Source of the DNA: Mobula hypostoma
Lineage: Eukaryota
Direction of reading: 5' to 3'
DNA: 64,000 nucleotides
Assembly (NCBI RefSeq): GCF_963921235.1
Contig: NC_086097.1
Location: 5,766,001-5,830,000 of the forward strand
Shown: piece after piece, positions 37,798 to 50,311 of the stretch
Numbering within the stretch: position 1 is the stretch's first letter
How the letters are laid out: each line of letters begins with the position of its first letter
The notes under the pieces: model-generated
Databases searched by the model: none
What the model saw: the letters and a program-made list of their open reading frames with translations, nothing else
What the model was told of the DNA's origin: nothing
Position numbers and translations under genes: made by a program

Positions 37798-38044
37798 CTT
37801 GGAGATATCTTTCCCATCATTATACAGTAAATTAGGATATGTTTTCCAGAAAAATAACCTCAGTAAAACCCAATCTCTGATCCTGGGAATTTCACTGGTG
37901 TCTTGCAGAATGCCACCTACATTTGTTTTAGCTGGGTTTATGCAGTCAACAGTAAGGACTTTATTTTCATGGTGCTCCTAGCATCTTGATCGTGCAGTAC
38001 GGACAGCCTAGCTAAATAGCACATGTGGCAAGGGGATGTTTGAT

Positions 38045-38640
38045 GTTCAAATTTCAAAGTATGTTTTCCTTTACCAAAGTACATATAATACCTTGAGATG
38101 CATTTTCTTGCCGACATTCACAGTAAATACAAAGAAACACAATAGAATCAATGAAATACAACACACAACAAAGACGAACAAACAATCAATGTGCAAAGGA
38201 CAACCAAATGTGTAAATAGAAAAAGAAAAAAAACAAACAAAATAATGATAATAAATAAACAAGAAATAAATATTGGAAATATCAGAGGAAGGGTTCTTGA
38301 AAGTGAGTCCATAGTTTGGGGAATCGGTTCAGTGATGGAGTGAGTGAAGATGAGTGAAGTTATCTCCACTGGTTCAAGCTCCTGATGGTTGAGGGGTAAT
38401 AACTGTCCCTGAAACTGGTGGTGTAGGTCTTAATGCTCTTGTACCTCCTTCCAGATGTCAGCAGGGAGAAAAGAGCATGGCCTGGATCGTGTGGGTCCTT
38501 GATAATATATGCTGGTTTTCAGCGGTAGTGCTCCCTGCAGACATGCTCAATGGTGGGGAAGACTTTTCCCATGATGGACTGGGCCTACTTTTTGTAGTTT
38601 TTTTCCATTCAAGCACATTGATGTTTCCATATCAGGCCAT
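38045..38640 (-). mobile_element. Rex1 3' end
   Basis: IIKDPHDPGHALFSLL motif and (tttgaa) tail. Confidence 0.7.
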
Positions 38641-39384
38641 ATATGACCAGAGTTTTAAGAAAAATAATTTAAAAGATCTTCCGAATGCGCCCCACTACCA
38701 ATGACAGTCTTGTGCATGGCATTTTTATCCCTTGACCTTTTCCAAGAGGCCTACAATGTTCTATCCTGAAATGTACTTGCTTTAAAGCATGTGGAGTTAC
38801 ATGTGCACTATTAAAAGTTACTCATTGAAGTGTGAATCAGAGGTGGTGACTGATGAATCAGCACATAGGTAAGAGATCGAAAATCTGCTTAAGTGGTACC
38901 ACAACAACATGTTGCAATGAGCGAATGAAACGAACCCAAGTGCAGGACACAGGCACGGAGATTGAGTTAGGATGCTTACGCGGATGTGAACGTTGGACAG
39001 CAAACAGGAGGGATCTTGACGTGGAGCCTTGACACAGAGAGACGGGGTTTCATAGGTAAACCCTGAAACTGGAGCAAAACTTAGAACACATGGTCCTAAG
39101 CGGCCGGGAAACGTTAATCACCACACAGGCAAAACCAACGATCTGGCGACTAGTGGCTGTAACGCCAGGGTTCTTATGCTGCAGGACTTGATGGAATCCA
39201 GCTGTGCCATCATCAGAGAAAATTAGAAGCAGATGGGAAATTAATGGTCGGAACCATAGCACAATCAAAGGAAATTAGTAGCAAGATAGGGAATTAACAA
39301 TTGGGACCATGACAATACCGCCCCCCCCCCCCCACACACTCAACGGGAGCCTCCAGGCAAACCACCAGGCTTGTCTGAATTGTC

Positions 39385-42300
39385 TCAATTGAAATCACGG
39401 ATGAGGGAAGGGTCCAGAATGAAAGAGCAGGGAATCCAGGAGCATTTCTCTGGGTCATATCCCTCCCAATCGACCAGGTACTGGAGGCCTCTGCCTCGGT
39501 GGTGCACATCCAGTATTCGCCAGACGGTGTATGCTAGGTGGTCGTCAATGATCCGGGTGGGTGGAGGGGGTTCAGCAGGAAGGCACAAAGGGCTGACAGA
39601 TACAGGTTTCAATTGGGAGACGTGGAATGTGGGATGAATGTGCATGGATCCAGGCAGTTTGAGTCTGACCACCGAGGGGTTGATGACACTCTCAATCTCG
39701 AATGGTCCCAGGTAGCGAGGGGCAAGATTCTTGGGTTCATTCTTGAGGGGGATGTCTTTTGACGAGAGCCAAACCTTCTGTCCAGGCCAATAATTTGGTG
39801 CAGGAATTTGATAGCAATCGGCAATCCTCCAGTTGCGGTCAGCTGAGCGGAGTAGGGCCACGTGTGCATCCTTCCAGATCTTGCAGCACTGGTGGAGATG
39901 GGCCGGAACTGAAGGCACAGCAATGTCATGATTATGTGCGGGAAACAGAGGGGATTGGTAACCGAGGGAGCATTCCAAGGGAGACTTTCCGGTGGTGGTG
40001 CTGACCAGGGAGTTGTGGGCGTACTCGACCCAAACGAGGTGGGTGCTCCAGGATGACAGGTTGTTGGTGGTTATGCAGCGCAGTGCTGCTTCCAAATCCT
40101 GGTTTTCTCATTCTGTTTGACCATTAGTTTGCGGATGGAAGCCGGAAGACAGGTTTACTGAGACTCCAAGGGCTTGACAAAAGGATCTCCAGACTTGAGA
40201 GATGAATTGGGGGCCCCAATCAGAAATGATGTCAGAGGGAACTCCATGGAGGCGGAAGGCATGACGGACAAGGAGGTCGACTGTCTCACAGGCTGTAGGG
40301 AGTTTGGGAAGGGCTACGAAGTGCACAGCTTTGGAGAAACGGTCCACCACGGTGAGTACGGCAGTGGTCCGATGAGAAGGGGGTAGTCCAGTGACGAAAT
40401 CGAGAGCAATGTGGGACCAAGGTTGGCCAGAGACAGGTAGGGGATGAAGCAGCCCAACCGGTGGTCAATGGGAGGCTTTTCCATGGGCACACGCACAGTA
40501 CAGGCAGAGACGAAGGAACGGGTGTCAGCGTCCATAGAGGCTACAGGAAATGTCTCTTCAGAAGGGACAGAGTCCGGTTGATTCCGGGATGGCAGGTGAA
40601 ATGAGAAGTATGCCCCACTGGAGAACCTGAGACTGAACAGAGTCAGGCACGAAGAGGAGATTGGAGCGTCCATTGCCTGAGTCGGGTTGAGTCCGTTGGG
40701 CCTCATTGACTATGGAATCAATCTCCCAGGGGAGGGCAGCCACTACACAGGATGGTAGAAGGATGATCTCGGAGTTGGGAAGGCCCTCCTCGGAAACATA
40801 TTGATGGGAGAGAGCATCCGGCCTCCCGTTCTTGAACTCCGGATGATAGGTGAGTGTGAATCTGAAACGGCCAAAAAATAATGCCCAACGGGCTTGGCGG
40901 GAATTCAGGCGTTTGGCGGTTTGGATGTACACGAGGTTCTTGTGATCTGTCCAGACGATAAATGGATGTTCCGCTCCCTCCAGCCAGTACCTCCACTCCT
41001 CCAAAGCAAGTCTGACGGCCAGTAACTCCCGGTTCCCTATGTTGTAGTTCCGTTCGGCGGTGGACAGCCAGCGAGAAAAGAAGGCACAGGGATGGAGTTT
41101 TTCGTCAGGGCCGGAATGTTGGGACAGGACCGCTCCCACCCCAGAGTCAGAGGCGTCATCTTCCACAATGAATTGACGAGAGAGGTCAGGTTGGACCAGG
41201 ATGGGAGCGGAGGTGATACGCTTCTTCAGCTCTGAGAAGGCTGAGTCCGCTTCGGGATCCCAGTGAAAAGGGGTCACAGGAGAGGTGAGTTGAGTAAAGG
41301 GCACTGCCACATGGCTGTAATCCCTGATGAAGTGGTGATAGAAGTTAGCAAACCTCAGAAATCGCTGGCGTTGCTTGAGTGTCGAGGGTTTTGGCCACTC
41401 CGTCACCGCCCGGATCTTTTCAGGATCCACCCTCACTCACCCACTCTCAAAGATGTATCCTAAGAAGCTGTCTGAAGGGACATGAAACTCGCACTTCTCA
41501 GCTTTAATGAATAGTTTGTTCTCCCAAAACCTCTGCAGAACCTGACGGACATGGTGGGTGTGTTCCTGAAAACTGCAGGAGAAGATTAAGATGTCATCCA
41601 AATAAACAAAAACAAAATGGTTAATAAAATCCCTAAGGACATCGTTTTATCAGGGCTTGGAAGATGGCAGGGGCATTGGTGAGACCAAATGGCATGACCA
41701 AGTATTCAAAGTGACCAAGCGAGGTGTTAAAAGCTGTTTTCCACTCATCTCCCTCTCTTATCCTGACCAGATGGTAGGCACTTTGTATGTCCAACTTGGA
41801 GGAGAGGGTGGCTCCGTGAAGTGGTTCGAAAGCAGAGTTGATAAGGGGCAGTGGATACTTGTTCTTTATGGTGATGCTATTTAGGCCTTGGTAGTCGATG
41901 CAGGGGTGCAGTGAGCCGTCTTTCTTCCCCACAAAGAAGAAACCTGCACCTATAGAGGAGGATGAGGGTCGGATAATGCCTGGCGCGCGAGAGTCATTTA
42001 GGTAAGCCTCCATTGCTTCCCTTTCTGTCCAGGACAGGTTATACAGCCGACTGGTGGGTAGAGGGGCTCTGGGGAGAAGGTCAATAGCACAATTGTAAGG
42101 TCAGTGTGGAGGCAGGGAAAGAGCCAGTTGTTTGCTGAACACTTCTCCCAGGTCGTGATACTCTGCTGGAACCTTGGATAAGTTGGGGGTTTCAGAGGCA
42201 GACGAGGTCGCGGTGACTTTCGCAGGGTACAGGGCCGATTGTAGACAAGTGTAGTGACAGAACGGTCTCCAGCTGGCTATCTTCCTGGTGGACCAGTCAA

Positions 42301-43600
42301 TGTGGGGATTATGGCGGCTTAACCAGTGGTACCCAAGAACTGTAGGAGCTCGAGGAGAGGAATTTAAGTTAAATCGTACCTGCTCCCATAGAATCATAGA
42401 ACACTACAGCACAGAAAACAGGCTATTCGGCCCTTCTAGTCTATGCCGAAACTTTATACCGCTAGTCCCATTGACCTGCACCCAGTCCATAACCCTCCAG
42501 ATCTCTCCCGTCCATGTACCTATCCAATTTATTCTTAAAATTTAAGAGTGAGCCCGCATTTACCATGTCAGATGGCAGCTCGTTCCACACTCCCACCACT
42601 CTCTGAGTGAAGAAATTCCCCCTAATGTTCCCCCTAAGCCTTTCCCCTTTCACCGGAAAGCCATGTCATCTCGTATTTATCTCACCTAATCTAAGTGGAA
42701 AGAGTCTACTCACATTTACTCTGTCTATACCCCTCATAATTGTGCAAACCTCTATCAAGTCTCCCCTCATTCTTCTACGCTCCAAGGAATTAAGTCTTAA
42801 CCTGTTCAATCTTTCCCTGTAACTCAACTCCTGAAGGCCCGGCAACATCCTTGTAAATCTTCTCTGAGTTCATTCAATCTTACTGATATCCTTCCTATAG
42901 TTAGGTTACCAGAAATACACGCAATACTCCAAATTTGGCCTCACCAATGTCTTATACAACCTCACCATAACATCCCAACTCCTATACTCAATGCTTTGAT
43001 ATATGAATGCCGGGATGCCAAAAGCCTTCTTTACAACCCTGTCTACCTATGACGCCACTTTCAGGGAATTATGTATCTGAACTCCCAGACCCCTTTGTTC
43101 CTCCACACTCCTCAGTGCCCTACCATTTACTGTGTATGTCCTACCTTGATTTGTCCTTCCAAAATGCAACATCTCACACTTGTCTGCATTAAATTCCATC
43201 TGCCATTTTCTGGCCCATTTTTCCAGTTGGTCCAGATCCCTCTGCAAGCCTTGAAAGCCTTCCTCGCTGTCCACAATGCCTCCAATCTTAGTGTCATCAG
43301 CAAACTTGCTGATCCAATATACCACGTTATCATCTAGATGGATCCCAGAGAGAATAAGATTCAGGGGTGGCGTGCAGTGTGCGACTCGGGCCAGAAGTCT
43401 ACTGTCCAGTGCCCGGGTTTCCAGAGGGGTACTTAACAGCTCCTGAGGAATTCCCGCCCAAGAAGCTATGTCTTCATCCAGAAGGTTTCCCTTAGCACCA
43501 AAGTCCACTAGAGCTGACAGAGGCAGGGACTGTTAGTTGTAACATAAAGTAGCTGGGATCTGCATTCGGGTTCGGGGGACGGAAGGGAATGTTGTCTGGC
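39385..43600 (-). pseudogene. pol: Chromovirus pol (PR, RT, RNaseH, IN, chromodomain) with stops, frameshifts and a CR1 insertion
   Basis: [85 protein letters not shown]...SW. Confidence 0.95.
42389..43337 (-). mobile_element. 5'-truncated CR1 nested in the chromovirus protease
   Basis: ISKFADDTKIGG...FFTQRVVGVWNELP with a (ttctatga) tail; splits LILSGIH | WEQVRFNL. Confidence 0.93.
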
Positions 43601-43618
43601 TCACCAGGGTCCCCCTTT

Positions 43619-44656
43619 CTACTGGTCAGCCTTCCCTTTTGGCTGAAGGGGACAGCTAGCACGGAAGTGGCTGGACTGGCCGCAATAGAGACAATCCCCC
43701 ACCCTTAATCTCCAGAGTCGCTCTGTGGGAGAAAGACGGTTCCATCCCAGTTGCATGGGTTCCTCTCCCAGGGTGGTAGAAATGGTGGGACTGGGAGCTA
43801 TTCTAGGAGCAGAAGGAGAAGAGAGGCTTGTACTGGTGGGAGACGGTAATGAGTGCCGTGGAGTGGTCAAAGGTGGTGGATGACCAGTTCTCTCCCTATG
43901 GCGTTCTCGAAAACGATTGTCCAACCTGGTGGCTAGAGAGATCAGGAAATCCAGACTGTCGGTGTCATCTCTTGCTGCCAATTCATCTTTTACTATGTCG
44001 CTGAGACCATTCCAAAATACCTCTTGGAGTGTCTCGTCATTCCACCCCGAGTCGGCCACTAACGTCCGAAACTCCACAGAATATTCGGCAACACTGTGTG
44101 AGCCTTGACAGAGAATGAGTAAACGCTTAGCAGCATCTTTACCAGAGACTGCGGGGTCAAAGGTCTTTCTCATTTTCGCGATAAAGGTGGGGAAAGAAGA
44201 GCAGATATCCGGTTGATTCTCCCAAACAGCTGGAGCCCACGCTAGGGCACTTCCCCGCAACAACCCCATGGTATAAACTATCTTTGACTTATCTGTGGAG
44301 TACGTGGATGACTGTTGTTCGAACAGCAAAGTGCATTGCAGAAGGAAGACCCGGCACTTCCCTAAATCCCCAGCGTAGTGTTCTGGTTCAGGAACGTGAG
44401 TTTCTCTCGGGAGGGGTGTTGCCGACACATAGGGGGTTGCCACTACAGGCTCTCTGGGCTGGTTAGACAGAGTTCCAGGAGTGGATGGGGTAAAATGAGT
44501 GGATACACAGTCCACCTGGTCACTGATCTTTGTTACATTAGCCGACAGGGAACGGAGGTTCTCCATGACATCCCGGAGAAGTCGATCATGCAGACCCAGT
44601 GGGGATCCCTGGTTGGTGAGGGCTTGTTGCAGGGTATTCATGTCCGCTGGGTCCAT
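43619..44656 (-). CDS. gag: Chromovirus gag, still an open frame (345 aa from MDPAD)
   Basis: PEHYAGD..KCR.FL.QC, LL.G.AL.WA, QG..SVAEY..EFR, EEPMQLG, CLYCGQSSHFRASC knuckle. Confidence 0.9.
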   Translation of the reverse strand: MDPADMNTLQQALTNQGSPLGLHDRLLRDVMENLRSLSANVTKISDQVDCVSTHFTPSTPGTLSNQPREPVVATPYVSATPLPRETHVPEPEHYAGDLGKCRVFLLQCTLLFEQQSSTYSTDKSKIVYTMGLLRGSALAWAPAVWENQPDICSSFPTFIAKMRKTFDPAVSGKDAAKRLLILCQGSHSVAEYSVEFRTLVADSGWNDETLQEVFWNGLSDIVKDELAARDDTDSLDFLISLATRLDNRFRERHRERTGHPPPLTTPRHSLPSPTSTSLSSPSAPRIAPSPTISTTLGEEPMQLGWNRLSPTERLWRLRVGDCLYCGQSSHFRASCPLQPKGKADQ

Positions 44657-45577
44657 TGTGGCCAGACTGTTCTGTTGCACTGAGTGAATGAAGCAAACCC
44701 AAGTGCAGGACACAGGCACAGTGATTGAGTTAGGATACTTACGTGGCCGTGAACGTTGGGCAGCAAACAGGAGGGACCTTGACAGGGAGCCTTGACACAG
44801 AGAGACGGGGTTTGATGGGCAAACCCTAAAACTGGAGCAAAACTTAGAACACACGGTCCTAAGCAGCCGGGAAACGTTAATCACCACATAGACAAAACCA
44901 ACGATCTGGCGACTAGTGGCTGTAATGCTGGGGTTCTTATGCTGTAGGTCTTGATGGGAACCAGGTGTGCCGTCGTCAGAGCGAATTAGAAGCAAATGGG
45001 AAATTAACGGTCGGAACCATGGCACAATCAAAGGAAATTAAGAGCAAGACATGGAATTAACGATCAGGACCATGACACAACAACCTCACACTCAACGTCA
45101 ACAAATTAAAAGAGATAATTATTAACTTCAGGAGGCGAAGCCAGAGGTCCATACGCCAATCTGCACCAGGGCATCAGAGGTAGAGGGAGTCAGCAACTTT
45201 AAATTCCTCAGCGTTATCATTTCAGAGGATCTGTCCTGGGTTCAGCACTGAAGTGCCAGTACAAACAAGACACAGAGGCGCCTCTACCTTTTTAGAAGTT
45301 TGCGAAGATTTGCCATGTCATCTAAAGTTTTGAGAAACTTCTCTAGATGTGCAGTGGAGGGTATACTAACCAGTTGCACCGTGGCCTGAATGCCATCGAA
45401 TGGAAAAGCCTACAATCCATCACAGGCAAAGCCCACTGCACCACTGAACATATTCACAAGGAGTGCTGTCGCAGGAAAGCAACATCCATCATCAAGGACC
45501 CCTAACAACCAGTCCATGCTCTTTTCTCACTGCTGCCATCAGGAAAGGGGTACAGGAGCCTCAGGTCCCATACCACC

Positions 45578-46452
45578 TGTCACATGATCGGCAACAATGA
45601 ATTATCAATTGAGGCAAGTTTCATTAACAAACGTAAACATTTATTAAACTCTACTCAACAATAGTGAAAAGTATTCAAACGACTAACTTAACCGGAAGTT
45701 AACTGGTATACGGCAACTCTGGAACAGTTCTTAAAAGGGTAAATGCGAAAACAGTTCTTAAAGTGGTAAATTCGAACCCAGTCTTGAAATGGTAAATTCA
45801 GAAGTCCAACTGATTTACAGTCACTAAGGAGAGACTTCTCTGGAAACGGATTTCTTCGAAGACGTGACGTTACTGCTGATTCTGTCCAAAGGATTCACGA
45901 CGAAGGAAATAAAACGGCTTAAAGGAACTGAACTTTTTTTCTGGCGAGTGGACACTGCTCAACTTCCCTGCTCTTGCAAGAATTATCTCAGATACAGGTC
46001 ACCATATTCTGAACGAATCCTCGATTGGGTCAATCCTCTATAAAACCGCCTAACGACTCCAACTTTATTCTGATCCTTCAGGTTCCCATCTTTTAATACG
46101 GTCTTCACTCTCCAATACTACTGTAAAGGTAAATCAAAGATACACCAACAAAGCTGGCAGCGATTGGTGAAACTGCCGGCACAACTATTTTACCTTACAA
46201 TAGAAAGGAAAACTCAGTTTTAAAATGAAACTGCGTTATGAAACCAATACGCAGCATAACGGAGTAACTAACGAAGCAAACAACAACTCAACTGAAAACT
46301 AACTGTGTCACACCAAGGGTCTCCTTTATACCTGTTGAGAACAGGTCATCAGGTGACCTCATACTGGTGGGAAAATTACATCATGTGACCTCCACAAGAC
46401 CATTACATCATGCTCATAAGACAGTCACAAGATACCCACGAGGTATGTAACA
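45578..46452 (-). mobile_element. Solo LTR, 875 bp, with 4-bp TSD
   Basis: TGT...ACA termini; CACC at 45574-45577 and 46453-46456; minus-strand AATAAA at about 45640. Confidence 0.85.
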
Positions 46453-47569
46453 CACCAAGTTCAAGACCAGGCTCCTGAACCAGACATAATAACTTCACTC
46501 GTCCGAACACTGAACTGATTCCACAAACTATGGACTAACTTTTAAGAACTCTACAACTCATGTTCTCAATATTTTTTCATGTTTATTAATTATTATTATT
46601 CAGTTTTCTTTTCTTTTTGTATTTGCACAGTTTGTTATCTTTTGCGTATTGGCTGTTTGTTCATCTTTGTGGAACGCAGTTTTTCATTGCTTCTGTTGTG
46701 TTCCTTTACTGTGAATGCCTGCTAGAAAATGAACCTCAGGGTACGATGTGGTAACATCATCATCATCCTCATCATTATGTGCTGTGTCGTAAGGTGTGGG
46801 TGGTCATGGTCTCATGACCATGATTGTTCTTGGCAAATCTTTCTACAGAAGAGGTTTGCTGTTGCCTTCTTCTGGGCAGTGTCTATAGAAGACAGGTGAC
46901 CCCAGCCATTATCAACTCTTCAGAGATTGTCGGTAGTCGTATAACCAGGATTTGTGATGTGCACCAGCAGCTCTCATGGCTCCACGTGACCCTGATCGGG
47001 ATCTAAACAGATGTTACACCTTGCCCAATGGTGACCTGCAGGCTAGTGGAGGGAAGCAGTGCCTTACACCTCCTTTGGTAGAGAACTATCACCATCCTCC
47101 CTCCAAGTAGTGACATATATATACTTTAATAATAAATTTACTTTCAACTTTGATGAGTTGTAGGAGATTAGAATTATTACTTCACTGGGCTCATTAATCC
47201 TATGACAGCTCTCTACAAGAATATTCAGTCAGTGACAATTTTTATCCTGTAGTCCTACAATCTTTCTCACTCAAACATTTATTGAAGTGCTTTTGAAAGT
47301 GACAATTGAATTTGCTTCTAACAACCTTACATCCAATAAATTCCAGAGCATAACTTTTTGTGTCAAGTGTTCTACCTTACATTATGCTTGCTGTCTAGGA
47401 AATCATTTTAACTCTTATTTTCTATGGCACTTGGCTTTTTCATCTCAGCACTTCATGACTTCAGACACATTAAACTTCGAACAAAAAATAAATGGATTTT
47501 CCTGGGGACTCCCTGCTTTCACGTTGAGAGATAGGTCACATATCAAATGTTACTTGGAATACTCACTCA

Positions 47570-49950
47570 CCCTTAAATATCTGGGAACACAGGTTCAAAA
47601 TTCATTGAAAATGGCATTGCAGGTTGATTGGTTTGGAAAGAAATCTTTTGGCATATAGGCCTTCACAAATCAAAGTACTGAGGACAGGAGATGGGATGTT
47701 ATGTTGAAGCTGTATAAGACATTAATGAGGTGCAAGACCGTAAGATATAGGAGCAGATTTAGCCATTTGGTCCATTGAGTCTTCACCGACATTCCATCTG
47801 AACTGACCCTTTTCTCCCCTCCTCAACCCCATTCACCAGCCTCCTCCCCGTAACCTTTGCTGCCATGTCTAATCAAGAACCTTTAAATCTCTGCCTTAAA
47901 TACACCAAACAACCTGCCCTCCACAGCTGTCTGTGGTAACAAATTCCACAAATTCACCATCTTCTGGCTAAAGAAATTTCTCTGCACCTCTGTTTTAAAT
48001 GGACGCCCCTGTATCCTGAGGCTGTGCTCTCATGTCCTAGAATCCCCCACCATGGGAAATATCCTTCCACATCTACTCTGTCTAGGCTTTTCAACATTCA
48101 AACGATTTCAATAAGATCGCCTCTCATCCTTCTAGGTTCAAAAGAATACGGACCCAGAGCTATCCAAAGTTCCTCGTATGATATCCCTTTCATTCCCATA
48201 ATCATCCTTGTGAACTGTCTCTGGACCCTCTCCAATACCAGCACATCTTTTCCTGCATGAGGAGCTCAAAACTGTCCACAATACTCAAGGTGAGGCATCA
48301 CCAGTGCCTCATAAAGCCTCAGCATCACATCCCTGCTCTTGTATTCTAGACACCCTGAAATGAATGCTAACATTGCATTTGCCTTCCTCACCACTGACTC
48401 AACTTACAAGTTAACCTTTAGGGCGTTCTGCACAAGGATTCCCAAGTCCTTTTGCATCTCAGATTTTTGGATTTTCTCCCCATTAAAAAAAATAGATTGC
48501 ACATTTAATTCTACTAGCGAAGTGCATGACCATGCATTTTCCAACTTTGTATCTCATTTGCCACCTTCTCCTAATCTGTTTAAGTACTCTGCAGCTGATC
48601 TGTTTCCTTAACACTACCTACCCATCCACCGATCTTCATATCATCTGCAAATTTGCCAACAAAGCCATTTATTTCATCACCTAAATCATTGATACGCAGC
48701 ATAAAAAGAAGCGGTCCCAACACCAACCCCTGCGGAACACCACTAGTCAATGGCGGCCAACCAGCAAGGATCCTTTTATTCCTACTTGCTGCCTTCTACC
48801 AATCAGCCAATGCTCTAACCATCTCAGTAACTTTCCTGTAATACCATGGTAACTTAACTTGGTAAGCAACCTCATATGTGGCACCTTGTCAAATATACAA
48901 CATTCACTGCATCCTCTTTATCTTTCCTACATGTAATCTCCTCAAAGAATTCTTGCAGGTTCATCAGGCAAGATTTTCCCTTAAGGAAACCATGCTGGCT
49001 TTGTCCTACCTTGTCCTCTGTCACCAAGTACTCCATCACCTCATCCTTAACAATTGACTCCAACATCTTCCTAACCTCTGAGGTCAGGCTAACTGGTCTA
49101 TAATTTCCTTTTTACTGCTTTCCTCCTTTCTTAAGAGAGTGGAGTGATATTTGTAATTTTCCAGTCCTCTGGCTTCATGCCAGAATCTAATGATTTTTGA
49201 AACATCATATCTAATGCCACCACAATCTCTACCACTACCTCTTTCAGAACCCCTAGGGTGCAGTTCAACTGGTCCAGATGACTTATGTAACCTTAGGTCT
49301 TTCAGTTTTTTGAGCACCATCTCCCTTGTAATAATAACTGCACTCACTTCTCTTCCTTCATGCCCTTCAGCATCTGGCACACTGCTAGTGTCTTTCATAT
49401 TGAAGACTGATACAGAATCCTTATTTAGTTCATCTGCCATCTCCTTGTCCCCTGTTACTATTTCTTGTGTTCTTCTACTCACTTCTATCTCTCTTTTATT
49501 TTTTACATACTTGAAAAAGCTTTTTCTATCCACTTTGATATTGTTCACTAGCTTGCTTTCATATTCCATCTTTTCACTTCTAACAATACTTTTAGTTGCT
49601 CTCTGTAGGTTTTTAACAGTTCCCAATCCTCTATCTCCCTGCTAATTTTTGCTTTGTTGTATGCATAATTTGGAGTACTGCGTGCAGTGTTGTTTATCTA
49701 CCTGTCGGAAACATGTAAATAATGTTGAAAGAGTACATAGAAAATTCACAAGGATATTGCAGGGTCTTGAGCACCTGAATTATAAGGAAAGATTGAATAG
49801 ATTAGAACTGTATTCTATAGAATATAGAAGATTGAGAGGAGAGTTGATGGAGGAATACAAAATTACGAGTGGTAGAGATAGGGCATATGCAAGCCGGCTT
49901 TTTCTACTGACATTGGGTGGGACTACAAATAGAGGTCATAAGTTAAGGCT
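47570..49950. mobile_element. CR1 cluster: plus-strand piece (47570-47730 and 49650-49950) around a minus-strand CR1 (about 47735-49650)
   Basis: KSFFKYVKNKR, GQSQHGFLKGKSC, HNLEYCVQC...ERVHRKFTR. Confidence 0.85.
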
Positions 49951-49953
49951 GAT

Positions 49954-50310
49954 TGTTGTTGAGTGAATGAGGTCACTGGAGAAAAGAACTGGTAGATACA
50001 AAGCAGCTATTTTATTTGACAGAACAAGGCATTATACAGAGACGTTTTCTGTCGAAAGGTCTGCTGGCCCAACGTGGGACTCAATATTTTATATGCTAAA
50101 CATCAAAGGATAATTCCATATTTACAAGGTTATGGAGAATGCTTTCTTTGAAACTACACACAAACTTCACACCTCCCGACTCACACACACACCAGACATC
50201 CAAATGAATTTTAATTAGCATTGACTGGTCTGAGCTTCACGGCTTTCAGGGACCCATTGTTCAGAGCTGCTCTCCAAATTAAATCCACAATCCATGTTCA
50301 GATGTGAAGA
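49954..50310 (-). mobile_element. Possible LTR fragment
   Basis: Starts TGTTG, with minus-strand AATAAA and TATA-like (ttttatatg) motifs; other end not defined. Confidence 0.3.
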
Positions 50311-50311
50311 T

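Larger units (their letters stand above)
38910..45077 (-). mobile_element. Full-length sushi/Tf1-type Ty3/Gypsy chromovirus, degenerate
   Basis: LTRs 44673-45077 and 38910-39314 (TG...CA); TSD CAACA; G-run PPT at about 39320-39333; order gag-PR-RT-RH-IN-chromodomain. Confidence 0.97.
38830..47152 (+). mobile_element. Rex1 RT 3' part hosting two LTR insertions
   Basis: DESAHR.EIENL.KW.HNN | NLTLNVNK.KEIIINFR is continuous across 38909/45078, and the element resumes at 46453. Confidence 0.85.

Noticed and set aside
43047..43508. Protease-RT fusion ORF
   Set aside because: A CR1 inserted in frame into the Gypsy protease by chance.
44657..45031. 125-aa N-terminal extension of gag in the ORF track
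   Set aside because: It runs through the 5' LTR, partly upstream of the inferred transcription start, and the same frame is closed in the other LTR. MDPAD is the typical start.
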